From Acidimicrobiales bacterium (GTDB lineage: Bacteria; Actinomycetota; Acidimicrobiia; Acidimicrobiales; JAHEJN01), in contig JAHEJN010000007.1 of the NCBI GenBank assembly GCA_024638845.1, positions 6,610-70,609 on the forward strand: 64,000 nucleotides of DNA, written 5' to 3'. Shown piece after piece: positions 13,733 through 24,955 of this stretch. The stretch's first letter is position 1. Every line of letters starts with the position of its first letter. Made by a program: the position numbers and the translations under genes. The notes beneath the pieces are model-generated. The model had not been told where the DNA came from. It worked only from the letters and a program-made list of their open reading frames with translations, and did not search any database.

Positions 13733-13773
13733 TGCACCGAGATGCTGGGTGTTGCAACCCTCGGGGGCTGGGA

Positions 13774-14580
13774 TTGTTCCGTTACCCTGCCGCCGTGCCC
13801 CTTTCGCCGGTCGACCGGCCGTTCCATCCGCGGAGCGGTGCCGTGATCTCGGCCGGCCTCATGGCGTCGATCGTGCTCCCGGCCCTCGTCGGTGCAGTGT
13901 TCCTCTCCAACACCGACTACGACACGACCAGCCCGACGGGCAGCGGGGCCTACATCGGACGCGTCGGGGCCCAGACACAGGTCATCGACGTGACCCCGAC
14001 GGCGCTGGGGCTGCCGCTGTGGGCGGTGACCCTCCTGCAATTGCCGCTCTGGATCGCGCTGCTCGCCGCGGTGTGGATTGCCGCCGGCCGGCGGGTCGAC
14101 GGAATGGTCGATCGTCTGGGATTCACCGCGCGCCGCGGCGATGTCCCTTCCGGTTTGTTCCTCGGCGTCGTCGCCCAGTTGGTGTTCGTGCCGCTGCTCT
14201 ACACGGTCATCTTCTGGTTCGTCGGCGAGCAAGACGTTTCCAGCAGTGCCCGTTCGCTCACCGATCGGGCCGATTCGATCGTCGGCGTGGCGCTTCTGTT
14301 CGTCGGTGTCGGCCTCGTGGCGCCGGTGGTCGAAGAGCTCTTCTTCCGAGGTCTGGCCCAGGCCACCTTCGAGCGATCCGTCGGGCGTCGCGCCGGTCTG
14401 TTGGCCGGCGCGATGCTCTTCGCCGTGGTCCACTTCCAGGCACTCCAGTTCCCGGCACTGCTGCTGTTCGGTCTGATCGCCGGAGGCCTCTTCCAGCGCC
14501 AGGGCCGACTCGGCGGGGCGATCTGGACTCATGTGGGATTCAACCTGACCACCCTGGTGGTCTTGTTGTTCGTCGTATGA
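13774..14580 (+). CDS. CPBP family intramembrane glutamic endopeptidase (CAAX protease-like)
   Basis: EELFFRGL and FAVVHF motifs within multiple TM helices. The start could be the later ATG (MASIVLPAL). Confidence 0.7.
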   Translation: MFRYPAAVPLSPVDRPFHPRSGAVISAGLMASIVLPALVGAVFLSNTDYDTTSPTGSGAYIGRVGAQTQVIDVTPTALGLPLWAVTLLQLPLWIALLAAVWIAAGRRVDGMVDRLGFTARRGDVPSGLFLGVVAQLVFVPLLYTVIFWFVGEQDVSSSARSLTDRADSIVGVALLFVGVGLVAPVVEELFFRGLAQATFERSVGRRAGLLAGAMLFAVVHFQALQFPALLLFGLIAGGLFQRQGRLGGAIWTHVGFNLTTLVVLLFVV

Positions 14581-14689
14581 AGCGTCCGACTGGGTGAATT
14601 CGCCCGACCGGGGCCGGCCTGCTCAAGTCGGCAGTTGCCTCGCCGACGGGTCACCCCACGAAGAGCCAGGCGACACTCCGGAGTTTCCG

Positions 14690-14884
14690 ATGACCACCTG
14701 CCCGCGATGCGATGGCGAGCTGATCGAAATCGACATCTCGCACAACTCGCTGACCTTCACGATGCAATCCTGTGCGCGCTGCGACACGCGGACCTGGGCC
14801 GTCGACGGCTCGCCCAGCCAGCTGCCGGCGGTGCTGCGCAGCCTGGCCGATGACGGCATTCCGGTGGAGGCGACCGCCATCTGA
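14690..14884 (+). CDS. Small zinc-ribbon protein
   Basis: ATG at 14690 (MTTCPRCDG). Two CxxC pairs (CPRC...CARC). Confidence 0.45.
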   Translation: MTTCPRCDGELIEIDISHNSLTFTMQSCARCDTRTWAVDGSPSQLPAVLRSLADDGIPVEATAI

Positions 14885-14908
14885 GGTCCAGCCTGACACC
14901 ATGGTGAC

Positions 14909-17308
14909 GTGGGCGTGAGGCTTCGGCGGTTGATCATCGACTACTGGCAGGTCATCGTGGCCATCGGCGCGTGCTGGTTCGTGATCGAACACCTGCACCC
15001 CGAGCTCATCCTTCGTGACTCCACCCCGACCGGCGGCGACACCGGCCTGCACATCTGGTCACCCGATGCGCTGCGGGCCTTGCTCGCCGAAGCTCGGATC
15101 TCAGGCTGGAGCGGCGACTGGTTCGCCGGGTTCCCGGTGTTTCGCTTCTACATGATCGTCCCGACGCTGTTCGTGGTGGCGCTCGATCTCGTCGCGCCGC
15201 AGAATGTCGCCTTCAAGCTCGTTGCGGCGGCCGGGCCTGCGCTCCTGCCGCTCGCCGCGTGGTTCCTCGCGCGTGAGGCGCGCCTTCGTGATCCGGCGCC
15301 GGCCCTCTTCGCCGTGGCGACGCTTCCGTTCCTGTTCGACCGATTCCACGTGATCTGGGGCGGGAACATCGCCGCCTCGCTGGCGGGCGAAGTGGGGTAC
15401 TCGTTGTCGTTGACGGCGGGCGTGATGGCCCTCGGGTTCGTGGCGCGGGGGCTCCACGACGGTCGGTTCAGGGCCGGAGCCGGAGCCTTCGGCGCGATCG
15501 CCGTGCTGTGCCATCCCATTGCGTCCCTGTTCATGGTGGTCGGCTGGACGGCCCTGGTCGCGACGTCGCCGCGGCCGCTGTGGGCCCTTCGCTGGTCGCT
15601 TCTGCCCGCCGCGCTCGGCGTGGCCGCCACCGCGTTCTGGGTCGGTCCCTTCGTGTGGGACCGTTCGCTCAGCGTCGATCTCGGGTGGGAGCCGCTGCCC
15701 GAAGTGTGGGCCACCCTCACTCGGCTCGATGCCGGTTCGAATTCGCTTCGGTGGCAGCTCGGTGCTGCGTTCATGGGTGTCGTGGCGGCTGCGGTTCGGC
15801 GCCACCGGGCCGAGCTGGCGCTGATCGCGACGGCAGCCGCATTTGCCGTAGCGGTGGCGGTGATTCCCGAGGGTCGGCTCTGGAACGCCCGGCTCGTGCC
15901 CCTCTGGTATCTGGGGCTGCACCTCGTCGCCGCTCTGGGGGTCGTCGCCCTGCTCCGCTCGTTGGTGCTCGCCGAGTCGATGCTGCGCCCTCCCGGGAAC
16001 GATCGGTGGTCGCAGCTCGACCCTCGCTCGCTTCCGGTGGTTCTCGGCGTAGTGGGTGGCGGCGTCGTGCTGTTCGCCGGTTCGGAGGGGATGGTCATCG
16101 GTGGTGCGGTGGTGGCACTGTCGGCCGGTGAGCTGCGGTCGGTGATCGCCGGTCGGCCGAGCCCGCACTCGCTGGTGCCCGCGACGGTAGTTGTGGTGGC
16201 CGTCGTCCTGGTTGCGCTGGCGCTCCCGTTGCGGTCGTTGCCCGGAGGCTCGGTCGACGCCGGCGGCACCTACCACTGGGGCCCGCTGCACACCGCGGAG
16301 CAGAGCTTCGTCCCACTGTGGGCTGCATGGAACAACGAGGGATACGAAGCCAAGGTCGGCGACGAGCGGGGCGGAGGATGGAGCGAGTACGAGGCGATCG
16401 TCGCGACCATGGCCGCCATCGGCGACGAACGCGGGTGCGGCCGGGCCATGTGGGAGGCCGGCATCGAGCTCGAGCGGTACGGATCCCCCGGGGCGATGGG
16501 ACTGCTGCCGTACTGGACCGACAGCTGCATCACGTCGATGGAAGGGCTGTTCTTCGAGTCCTCGGCGACGTCGCCGTTCCACTTCGTCAACCAGGTCGAG
16601 CTCTCCGAGCACCCGTCACCGGCCTTGCGCGGTATCGACTATCCGGGGTTCGACCCGACCGCCGGTTTCGACCATCTCGGCGTCTGGGGTGTGCGGTACT
16701 ACCTGGCGTTCTCACCCGCGGCCGTCTCGGCGGCCCAGGCCGATCCGGCCCTCGCCGAGGTCGGGGCGAGCGGCCCCTGGCGGGTGTACGAGGTGGCTGA
16801 CGTGGCCCTCGTCGAGGGGGCGGCATACGAACCGGTGGTGGTCACCGGGATCGATGGCGGCAACGGCTGGCGGGATGTGGCCCTGCTCGGCTATCTGGGC
16901 CAGGTCGACGCGCGGGTCCCGCTCGCCGCCGACGGGCCCGAGGAGTGGACGCGTGTCCCCGCCGATGCGCTCACCGTCGGCGTCGGCGCGGTCGCCCTGC
17001 CACCGATCGAGGTCTCCGACCTCTCCTTCGAAGACCATCGGATCGCCTTCTCCGTCGACCGGATCGGTGCGCCCGTCGTCGTGCGTTCATCCTGGTTCCC
17101 CAACTGGAACGCGAACGGCGCCGCTGGCCCCTACCGAATCGCCCCCAACCTCATGGTCGTGGTTCCCACCGCGACCGAGGTCGAGCTCCGATACGAGGAG
17201 CGACTGGTCGACCGGACCTTCCAGGGCATCTCGCTGATCGGTGTCGTCGGCCTCGCCGTCCTGGGTCGGGCCGAACGCCCTCGACCGCGCTGCCTGGACG
17301 CCGGGTAG
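14909..17308 (+). CDS. Large polytopic membrane protein with a C-terminal extracytoplasmic domain; possibly a GT-C-like glycosyltransferase
   Basis: About 430 aa contain more than 10 hydrophobic helices, followed by a soluble roughly 350-aa domain. Strong coding signal. The family assignment is inference only. Confidence 0.5.
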   Translation: MGVRLRRLIIDYWQVIVAIGACWFVIEHLHPELILRDSTPTGGDTGLHIWSPDALRALLAEARISGWSGDWFAGFPVFRFYMIVPTLFVVALDLVAPQNVAFKLVAAAGPALLPLAAWFLAREARLRDPAPALFAVATLPFLFDRFHVIWGGNIAASLAGEVGYSLSLTAGVMALGFVARGLHDGRFRAGAGAFGAIAVLCHPIASLFMVVGWTALVATSPRPLWALRWSLLPAALGVAATAFWVGPFVWDRSLSVDLGWEPLPEVWATLTRLDAGSNSLRWQLGAAFMGVVAAAVRRHRAELALIATAAAFAVAVAVIPEGRLWNARLVPLWYLGLHLVAALGVVALLRSLVLAESMLRPPGNDRWSQLDPRSLPVVLGVVGGGVVLFAGSEGMVIGGAVVALSAGELRSVIAGRPSPHSLVPATVVVVAVVLVALALPLRSLPGGSVDAGGTYHWGPLHTAEQSFVPLWAAWNNEGYEAKVGDERGGGWSEYEAIVATMAAIGDERGCGRAMWEAGIELERYGSPGAMGLLPYWTDSCITSMEGLFFESSATSPFHFVNQVELSEHPSPALRGIDYPGFDPTAGFDHLGVWGVRYYLAFSPAAVSAAQADPALAEVGASGPWRVYEVADVALVEGAAYEPVVVTGIDGGNGWRDVALLGYLGQVDARVPLAADGPEEWTRVPADALTVGVGAVALPPIEVSDLSFEDHRIAFSVDRIGAPVVVRSSWFPNWNANGAAGPYRIAPNLMVVVPTATEVELRYEERLVDRTFQGISLIGVVGLAVLGRAERPRPRCLDAG

Positions 17309-17317
17309 CCTCGGCTC

Positions 17318-18676
17318 ATGCTTGACACGGCAGCCATCTTCAAGGCCTATGACATTCGCGGCACGGTCCCCGATCAGCTCGATTCGGAGCTGTGTGGTCG
17401 AATCGGAGCCGCCTTCGGGGCGTTCTTCCGGCAGGCCGAGCCCGCCACCCGCGAGGTGATCCTGGGACGCGACATGCGCGAGTCCGGAGTCGAGCTCTCG
17501 GCGGCGTTTTCGGAGGGAGTGCGGTCACAGGGGCTCGACGTCGTGAACCTCGGCCTGGTCTCGACCGACATGTTGTTCTTCGCGTCGGGTCACCTCGGCC
17601 TCCCCGGTGTGATCTTCACGGCCTCGCACAACCCCGCTGGGTACAACGGCATCAAGTCGTGCCTGTCCGGTGCGGTGCCGATCGGAGTCGAGAGCGGTCT
17701 GGTCGACGTGGAGAACTGGGTGCACGACCCACCGATGCCTGCGGCTTCGGTGGGCACCGAGCGGCAGCTCGACCTGCTGGCGGAGTTCGTCGAGCACGTG
17801 CACTCGTTCATCGACATCGCCGCGCTCCGTCCGCTCAAGGTCGTCGCCGACACGGCCAACGGCATGGGCGGTCACGTCGTGCCGCCGGCGTTCGCCGATC
17901 TCGTCATCGATCTGGAGGTCATGTTCGGAGAGCTCGACGGCACGTTTCCCAACCATCCGGCCGATCCGATCCAGCCCGAGAACCAGGCCGACCTGCGCGC
18001 TCGCGTGCTCGAGGTGGGCGCCGACGTCGGGCTCGCCTTCGACGGTGACGCCGACCGCGTCTTTCTCGTCGACGACAAGGCGGAGCCCGTGCCCGGCTCG
18101 ACGATGACCGCAATGGTGGCCGATCGTGTCCTGGCGTCGGAACCCGGTGCGACGATCCTGCACAACCTCATCTGCAGCCGCTCGGTGGCCGAAGTCGTTG
18201 CCGAGGCCGGTGGCACGGCGGTGCGCACCCGCGTCGGGCACTCGTACATCAAGCAGATCATGGCCGAGACCGGCGCGGCCTTCGGGGGCGAGCACTCCGG
18301 GCACTACTACTTCCGAGACAACTACCGGGCCGACAGTGGGCTCATCGCCGCGCTGGTGGTGCTGGAGCTGCTCTCGAACCACACTGAGCCCCTCAGCGAG
18401 CTGCGCAAGCCGTACGAGCGGTACTGGGCGTCGGGTGAGATCAACACACGGGTCGACGACACGGCCGCGGTGATCGCTCGTGTCGAGCAGCACTACCGCG
18501 ATCTCGAGCTCGATCATCTCGACGGCCTCACCGTCAGTGCGGCCGACTGGTGGTTCAATCTGCGCCCGTCGAACACCGAGCCGCTGCTGCGCCTCAACCT
18601 CGAAGCCGCCGACGAGACGTCGGGGCGGGCCCGGCTCGACGAGGTCCAATCGCTCATAGAAGGCACCCCGACGTGA
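17318..18676 (+). CDS. manB: Phosphomannomutase/phosphoglucomutase
   Basis: Active-site loop TASHNPAGYNGIK, metal loop FDGDADR and GEHSGHYYF. Confidence 0.9.
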   Translation: MLDTAAIFKAYDIRGTVPDQLDSELCGRIGAAFGAFFRQAEPATREVILGRDMRESGVELSAAFSEGVRSQGLDVVNLGLVSTDMLFFASGHLGLPGVIFTASHNPAGYNGIKSCLSGAVPIGVESGLVDVENWVHDPPMPAASVGTERQLDLLAEFVEHVHSFIDIAALRPLKVVADTANGMGGHVVPPAFADLVIDLEVMFGELDGTFPNHPADPIQPENQADLRARVLEVGADVGLAFDGDADRVFLVDDKAEPVPGSTMTAMVADRVLASEPGATILHNLICSRSVAEVVAEAGGTAVRTRVGHSYIKQIMAETGAAFGGEHSGHYYFRDNYRADSGLIAALVVLELLSNHTEPLSELRKPYERYWASGEINTRVDDTAAVIARVEQHYRDLELDHLDGLTVSAADWWFNLRPSNTEPLLRLNLEAADETSGRARLDEVQSLIEGTPT

Positions 18677-18912
18677 CCCTCGACCCCCGCTTGCTCGAGA
18701 TCCTCGCCTGTCCCGACGACAAGGGTCCGTTGTTGTACATCGAGTCCGAGACGGTGCTCTACAACCCGCGTCTTCAACGGCGGTACGCCGTCGACGGTGA
18801 CATCCCCGTGATGCTCGTCGACGAGGCCGACGCGGTCGACGACGACGAGCACGCCCGGCTCATGGCTGTCGTCGCCGAGCGGGGCATCCAGCCCACCTTC
18901 GTGGTCGGCTGA
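18673..18912 (+). CDS. Trm112 family small protein
   Basis: GTG at 18673 overlaps the manB stop (GTGA). LEILACPDDKGPL...DGDIPVMLVDEA is Trm112/DUF343-like. Confidence 0.65.
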   Translation: MTLDPRLLEILACPDDKGPLLYIESETVLYNPRLQRRYAVDGDIPVMLVDEADAVDDDEHARLMAVVAERGIQPTFVVG

Positions 18913-18918
18913 GGGGCC

Positions 18919-20103
18919 GTGGATCTCCTCGACTGCCCGATCAAGACCTACGACTGGGGCTCGCCCACGGCCCTGGCCAGTCTTCAGGGGCGGCGCCCGA
19001 CCGGCGAGCCCGAAGCCGAGCTGTGGATCGGCGCGCACCCCTCCGCACCCGCGCATCTGGTACGCGGCGGTCGACGAACAGGCCTCGACGAGGTGATCGC
19101 GGCCGATCCGGTCGCCGAGCTCGGCGCCGAGGCTGCCGAGCGCTGGAAGGGTCGACTGCCGTTCCTGCTCAAAGTGCTCGCCGCCGCCCGGCCGCTGTCG
19201 CTCCAGACCCATCCGACATCCGAGCAGGCTGCGTCCGGATTCGCCGCCGAGGAAGCAGCCGGCGTGCCCGTCGACGCGCCGCAGCGGCTGTTTCGCGACA
19301 GGAATCACAAGCCGGAGCTGATCTGTGCTCTCACGCCGTTCACGGCGCTGTGTGGCTTCCGTGCGGTCGAAACCAGCATCGACCTGCTCGATGCCATCGG
19401 CGATGCCGACCTCGGTGCCGAACTGATCTCGATCCTCGCCGCGGAGCCCGGGCCCGACGGACTGCGCCGCGCCATGGTCACCGCACTGCGGACGTCCACC
19501 CGACGGGCCCGGCCCGCGGTCGCGGCGGTGGCTGCCAATGCCGCGCACGGCGTGCCCGGCTTCGAAGCCGAGTGCCGATGGCTGACGACGCTGGCCGACC
19601 GTCACCCCGGCGATCCGGCCGTCTTCGTGGCCGCGATGCTCGAGCTCGTCGTGCTCCAACCAGGTGAGGGGCTGTTCCTCACGGCGGGCACGCTCCACAG
19701 CTACCTCGATGGCGTCGGCGTCGAGCTCATGGCCAACTCCGACAACGTCCTTCGCGGTGGACTCACGTCGAAACCCGTCGACGTCGATGCGTTGGCCCGG
19801 ATCGTGACGACCGAGCCGGCGACTCCACCCGTCCAGACCGCCGACGACGGGACGTTCACCTACCGATCGCCGGTTCCCGAGTTCGCGCTCACCCGGTACG
19901 CCCTCCTCGGCGAGGCCGCGAGACTGCCGCCGGGCGTTGCCGCGGGTGTCGCGGTCGACGGCAGCTTCTCGCTGGAGATCGACGGAGCACCGCACACCAT
20001 CGGCCCGGGCACCGCGGTGTGGATCCCGGCCTCCGACGGGTCACGCGCCCTCTCGGGTACGGGAACGTTCTTCCTCGCCACCGAGGGCACCGTTGCTCGC
20101 TGA
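18919..20103 (+). CDS. manA: Mannose-6-phosphate isomerase, class I
   Basis: YDWGS, ELWIGAHP, LPFLLKVLAAARPLSLQTHP and NSDNVLRGGLT. Confidence 0.88.
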   Translation: MDLLDCPIKTYDWGSPTALASLQGRRPTGEPEAELWIGAHPSAPAHLVRGGRRTGLDEVIAADPVAELGAEAAERWKGRLPFLLKVLAAARPLSLQTHPTSEQAASGFAAEEAAGVPVDAPQRLFRDRNHKPELICALTPFTALCGFRAVETSIDLLDAIGDADLGAELISILAAEPGPDGLRRAMVTALRTSTRRARPAVAAVAANAAHGVPGFEAECRWLTTLADRHPGDPAVFVAAMLELVVLQPGEGLFLTAGTLHSYLDGVGVELMANSDNVLRGGLTSKPVDVDALARIVTTEPATPPVQTADDGTFTYRSPVPEFALTRYALLGEAARLPPGVAAGVAVDGSFSLEIDGAPHTIGPGTAVWIPASDGSRALSGTGTFFLATEGTVAR

Positions 20104-20160
20104 GCGGCCCGTGCCGAGGCATGGGTCCCTTCGCGGTATGACTCTGGGACACTGGGCGCC

Positions 20161-21195
20161 ATGAGCGGCGAACGAATCGACTCCCTCGGCATGTTCGACG
20201 CCATGCTGCGAACACCCGAACAGATGGTGGCCGCGGTCGAGGCGGCCCAGGATCTGCCCGGTCTGCCGGCCGCGGCCGACATCGACAACGTGCTGGTGCT
20301 CGGCGTGGGCGACTCGGGGACCGCTGGCGACCTGCTCACCGTGACCGCCGGACCTTTCATGCCCGTACCCGTCGTGGTCGTGCGCAGCTTCGTACCGCCG
20401 TCGTACGTCAACGAGCGCACACTGGTGTTCGCCATCTCGTTCTCGGGGAACACAACCGAGACGCTCGAAGCCGCCAACTCCGCCGCCGAGCTCGGTGGCA
20501 ACGTCGTGGCGGTGACCACCGGTGGCGTCCTCGCCGATCGAGCGGCCATCTGGGGTACCGGGGTGGTCGCGATAGATCCGGCCATTCCCGGGCCACGGGC
20601 GGCGTTTCCGTCGCTGGCGGTGGCCCCGCTGATCGTCCTCGAAGACGTCGGATTGTTCCGAGGGGCGACGCAATGGGTGATCTATGCAACCGAGCAGCTG
20701 CGCCGACGCCGCAACGAGCTCGCCGGTCCCGACAGCGTGGCCCGCCGTCTCGCCGAACAGATCGACCACACGGCGCCTCTGGTGCAGGGGGGCGGCGGTA
20801 TCGGCAAGGTCGCCGCCGATCGCTGGAAGACGCAGATGAACGCCAGCGCCAAGATGCCCGCCTTCAGCTCGGCGTTGCCCGACGCCGGCCACTACGAGGT
20901 CGAAGGCTGGGCGCGCGACAGCCGCCGGGCCCGCGACGCGCTGTCGATCGTGCAGCTGCGGCACGGTCACGAGCACCCCCTGGTCGAGCGGGCCTTCGAG
21001 GTCGTCACCGAGATGGTGCGCGACCGCGTGGCCACGGTCGTCTCCTGCCAGGCCGAAGGCGAGGGGCCGGTGGCCCAGATGTTCGATCTCATGATGTTGG
21101 GCGACGCCGTCTCGCTCGAACTGGCTGCCCTCGAGGGTGTCGACCCGGGGCCCGCTCCGGCTGTCGACGAGCTCGAACGGCGACTGGCGGAGTAA
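20161..21195 (+). CDS. SIS-domain bifunctional phosphoglucose/phosphomannose isomerase
   Basis: LVLGVGDSGTAGDLL and ISFSGNTTETL SIS motifs, with the C-terminal PGI/PMI-type domain. Confidence 0.7.
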   Translation: MSGERIDSLGMFDAMLRTPEQMVAAVEAAQDLPGLPAAADIDNVLVLGVGDSGTAGDLLTVTAGPFMPVPVVVVRSFVPPSYVNERTLVFAISFSGNTTETLEAANSAAELGGNVVAVTTGGVLADRAAIWGTGVVAIDPAIPGPRAAFPSLAVAPLIVLEDVGLFRGATQWVIYATEQLRRRRNELAGPDSVARRLAEQIDHTAPLVQGGGGIGKVAADRWKTQMNASAKMPAFSSALPDAGHYEVEGWARDSRRARDALSIVQLRHGHEHPLVERAFEVVTEMVRDRVATVVSCQAEGEGPVAQMFDLMMLGDAVSLELAALEGVDPGPAPAVDELERRLAE

Positions 21196-21244
21196 GGCAT
21201 CGGAATCCCAATCGCCACGTCTCAACCTTTCGGAGGCAGTGCCG

Positions 21245-22606
21245 ATGGAAGAACCCATGTCGCAGACCGTTCTCGATGAGCTCAGCCTCATACCGCCGCG
21301 CCGGCTCGGCATACTGCTCCAGCAGCGGCGCCGAGCGTTCGATCTGACCATCGACGACATGGCTCGCCGGTCAGGCGGGCGGCTTCTCGTGAGTGATCTC
21401 GATGCCATCGAACATGGCCTTCGCCCCATCGACGACGAGATGGCCGCCGCGGTGGCCCGGCTCTATCGGGTCGAGGCCGGCACCATCGCCCCGCAACGCT
21501 CCCGGCTCGTGATCGACGTGAACGAAGGGGTCCTTCACGTCGGTGACACGACCGGCGAGTTGCCGGCGCAGGCCACGCCCCAGCTGGTCCTCGGCCGCTA
21601 CCTGGCCCTCGTGCAACTCCTCAGGGCATGGACGCCGGGCCGACCGCTTCCGCTCCGTACCGACGATCTCGCCGTGTTGGGCGACTCGCTGGGATTGGCC
21701 CCGGAGACCGTCGAACGCCAGCTCCTCGACCTCCTCGAGCGTGGCCACTCCGTCGAAGGACTCGCCAGGCTCCGCCGTCGGCTGGTGATCCCCGCCGCCG
21801 GTCTGTTGGTCGGCACCACTATGGCGGGTGCTCTCGTGCTCGTCCGGGTCAACTCATCCGAGTCCGGCTCCGACGCCCCGCGCCCGGCGTCTCCGGCTGC
21901 GCCCGTGCCGCTCGAGGATCCGGCGACCTCTTCGGGGGCGCCCGCGGCTGCGCCGTCCGAGTTTCCGACCACCATCGGTGATACCGACCCGATCGAGGCC
22001 GAGCCGTCGACGACCGAGCCGGACCTCGACGTCGCCGACGATCCGATCGTCGCCGAGATCGGTGAACCGCTCACCATCGAGGGCCAACCGGCGGTCGGGA
22101 CCGACGCGATCCTCGCCGCGCCGCAGGTGGCAACGCCCACCGCTGGGGTGTCCGACGTGGTTTCCAGCCCCGCCGCCAAGCTCGTCGGCGATCAGGCGGA
22201 GGCGGCCATCGCCTACCCGTGGCGCAACTATCTCCCCGGCTGGACCGTTGCCTACCTCGACGCCGATGTCGTCTCGGGCAACACGAACATCCCCACCCAG
22301 ACGATCACCATCGGGGTGCCGCCGGGCGCCACTCCGGCCTACGTGAGCGAAGTGCTGGCCCACGAGATCGGTCATGCCATCGACGTGAGCTACCTGAGCG
22401 ACGCCGACCGGGCCCGCTGGCTCGCGGCTCGCGGCGCGACGGGGATCGACTGGTGGCCCAGCGGTGGCCCCAGCGACTTCGAGGTCGGTGCCGGCGACTT
22501 CGCCGAAGCGGTTGCCGCGTGGCTCACCGGTTCGTACAACGACTCTGCGGTTGCCGGTCCCTTCACCGACGAGCAGCTCGACCTGGTCGCCGAGCTGGTT
22601 CCCTGA
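21245..22606 (+). CDS. Membrane protein: N-terminal HTH-like domain, one TM helix, a Pro/acidic linker and a C-terminal HExxH domain
   Basis: ATG at 21245. TIDDMARRSGG...DLDAIEHG is XRE-like. The TM helix is AAGLLVGTTMAGALVLV. The zincin motif is LAHEIGHAID. Confidence 0.55.
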   Translation: MEEPMSQTVLDELSLIPPRRLGILLQQRRRAFDLTIDDMARRSGGRLLVSDLDAIEHGLRPIDDEMAAAVARLYRVEAGTIAPQRSRLVIDVNEGVLHVGDTTGELPAQATPQLVLGRYLALVQLLRAWTPGRPLPLRTDDLAVLGDSLGLAPETVERQLLDLLERGHSVEGLARLRRRLVIPAAGLLVGTTMAGALVLVRVNSSESGSDAPRPASPAAPVPLEDPATSSGAPAAAPSEFPTTIGDTDPIEAEPSTTEPDLDVADDPIVAEIGEPLTIEGQPAVGTDAILAAPQVATPTAGVSDVVSSPAAKLVGDQAEAAIAYPWRNYLPGWTVAYLDADVVSGNTNIPTQTITIGVPPGATPAYVSEVLAHEIGHAIDVSYLSDADRARWLAARGATGIDWWPSGGPSDFEVGAGDFAEAVAAWLTGSYNDSAVAGPFTDEQLDLVAELVP

Positions 22607-22649
22607 CATCGGTCTCCCCAATCCGATCCGACCCGGCTAGCCTCGTGGA

Positions 22650-22778
22650 GAGGGCTGACCAGATGGACATGGGTCGGATGATCCCAGCCCTCGTCTCGAT
22701 CGGGCCGCGCTGCGGCATCCGATCGCTCGGTTCCGCGTCTCGGCGCGCTCGTCTGACCCCGACCGTGATCCACGGAGG
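22650..22778 (+). promoter_or_regulatory. Structured 5' leader of ahcY (three hairpins, the last occluding the RBS)
   Basis: 8-bp stem 22650-57/22685-92. 11-bp stem with a 2-nt bulge at 22698-22724. CCGUG/CACGG hairpin at 22763-75, whose 3' arm runs into GGAGG (22774-78). Confidence 0.35.
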
Positions 22779-22787
22779 TTCAATCCC

Positions 22788-24224
<1,437 letters not shown>

Positions 24225-24278
24225 ACGGCGGCTCGGCTCGCGGCGAGGCTGTCACCCTCACTTCCTAGAGTCGGTCAG

Positions 24279-24920
24279 ATGCTGTTCCCGGTGACCTGCC
24301 CGTTGTGCCACTCGGTCGGCGCCGCTCCGTGCGCGGCCTGCATCCGGCGGCTTCGACCAGCCGGTCGCCCGCTTCCCCCTCCCGGCGTCGACGAGCTCTG
24401 CTGTCTGGTCGACTACGACGCTGTAGGCGCGCAGTTGATTGCCGCCCTGAAGTACCGCAATGCTCGTCGTCTGGTGCCCTGGTTGGCCGCTGCGCTGGCC
24501 GCCCTCGTACCTCCCGACATCCGCGTCATGACCTGGGCTCCCACCACCGATAGCCATCGGCGTCGCCGCGGCTTCGACCAGGCGGCCGTGCTGGCGCGAG
24601 CCACCGGGCGCCGCTGCGGGCTGCCGGTTCGGCCCCTCCTCTCACGACTCGACCGGCAGTCACAGACCGGCCGGAGCCGGCACGAGCGTCTGAGCGGTCC
24701 TCGGTTCGTCGGCCGGTCGACCGACGTCGGAGGGCCCGTCGTGGTGATCGACGACGTGGTCACCACCGGCGCCACGCTTGCCGCGAGCGCCGAGGCGTTG
24801 CGGCACGTCGGAGCCGCACGGGTCGTCGGAGTGACCGTGGCCCACACCCGCGCCGGGCGTCGCGACGCTTCGTCGATTTCGCCACGATCCAGAGTACTCA
24901 CCGCTGGTGAACACGGATAA
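24279..24920 (+). CDS. comF: ComF family protein (phosphoribosyltransferase fold)
   Basis: N-terminal Cys4 (CPLCH...CAAC) and the PRT motif VVVIDDVVTTGATL. Confidence 0.75.
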   Translation: MLFPVTCPLCHSVGAAPCAACIRRLRPAGRPLPPPGVDELCCLVDYDAVGAQLIAALKYRNARRLVPWLAAALAALVPPDIRVMTWAPTTDSHRRRRGFDQAAVLARATGRRCGLPVRPLLSRLDRQSQTGRSRHERLSGPRFVGRSTDVGGPVVVIDDVVTTGATLAASAEALRHVGAARVVGVTVAHTRAGRRDASSISPRSRVLTAGEHG

Positions 24921-24955
24921 GGTCAGCCGAAACCCAGACCAGGAGGCCACGTCGT

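Noticed and set aside
22700-22752. Calling a canonical SAH riboswitch outright.
   Set aside because: Some conserved-looking strings are present. I could not reproduce the P1/P2/P4 pseudoknot pairings by eye (no 5' CCGAG partner for GCUCGG). It is therefore reported only as a structured leader that needs a covariance-model test.
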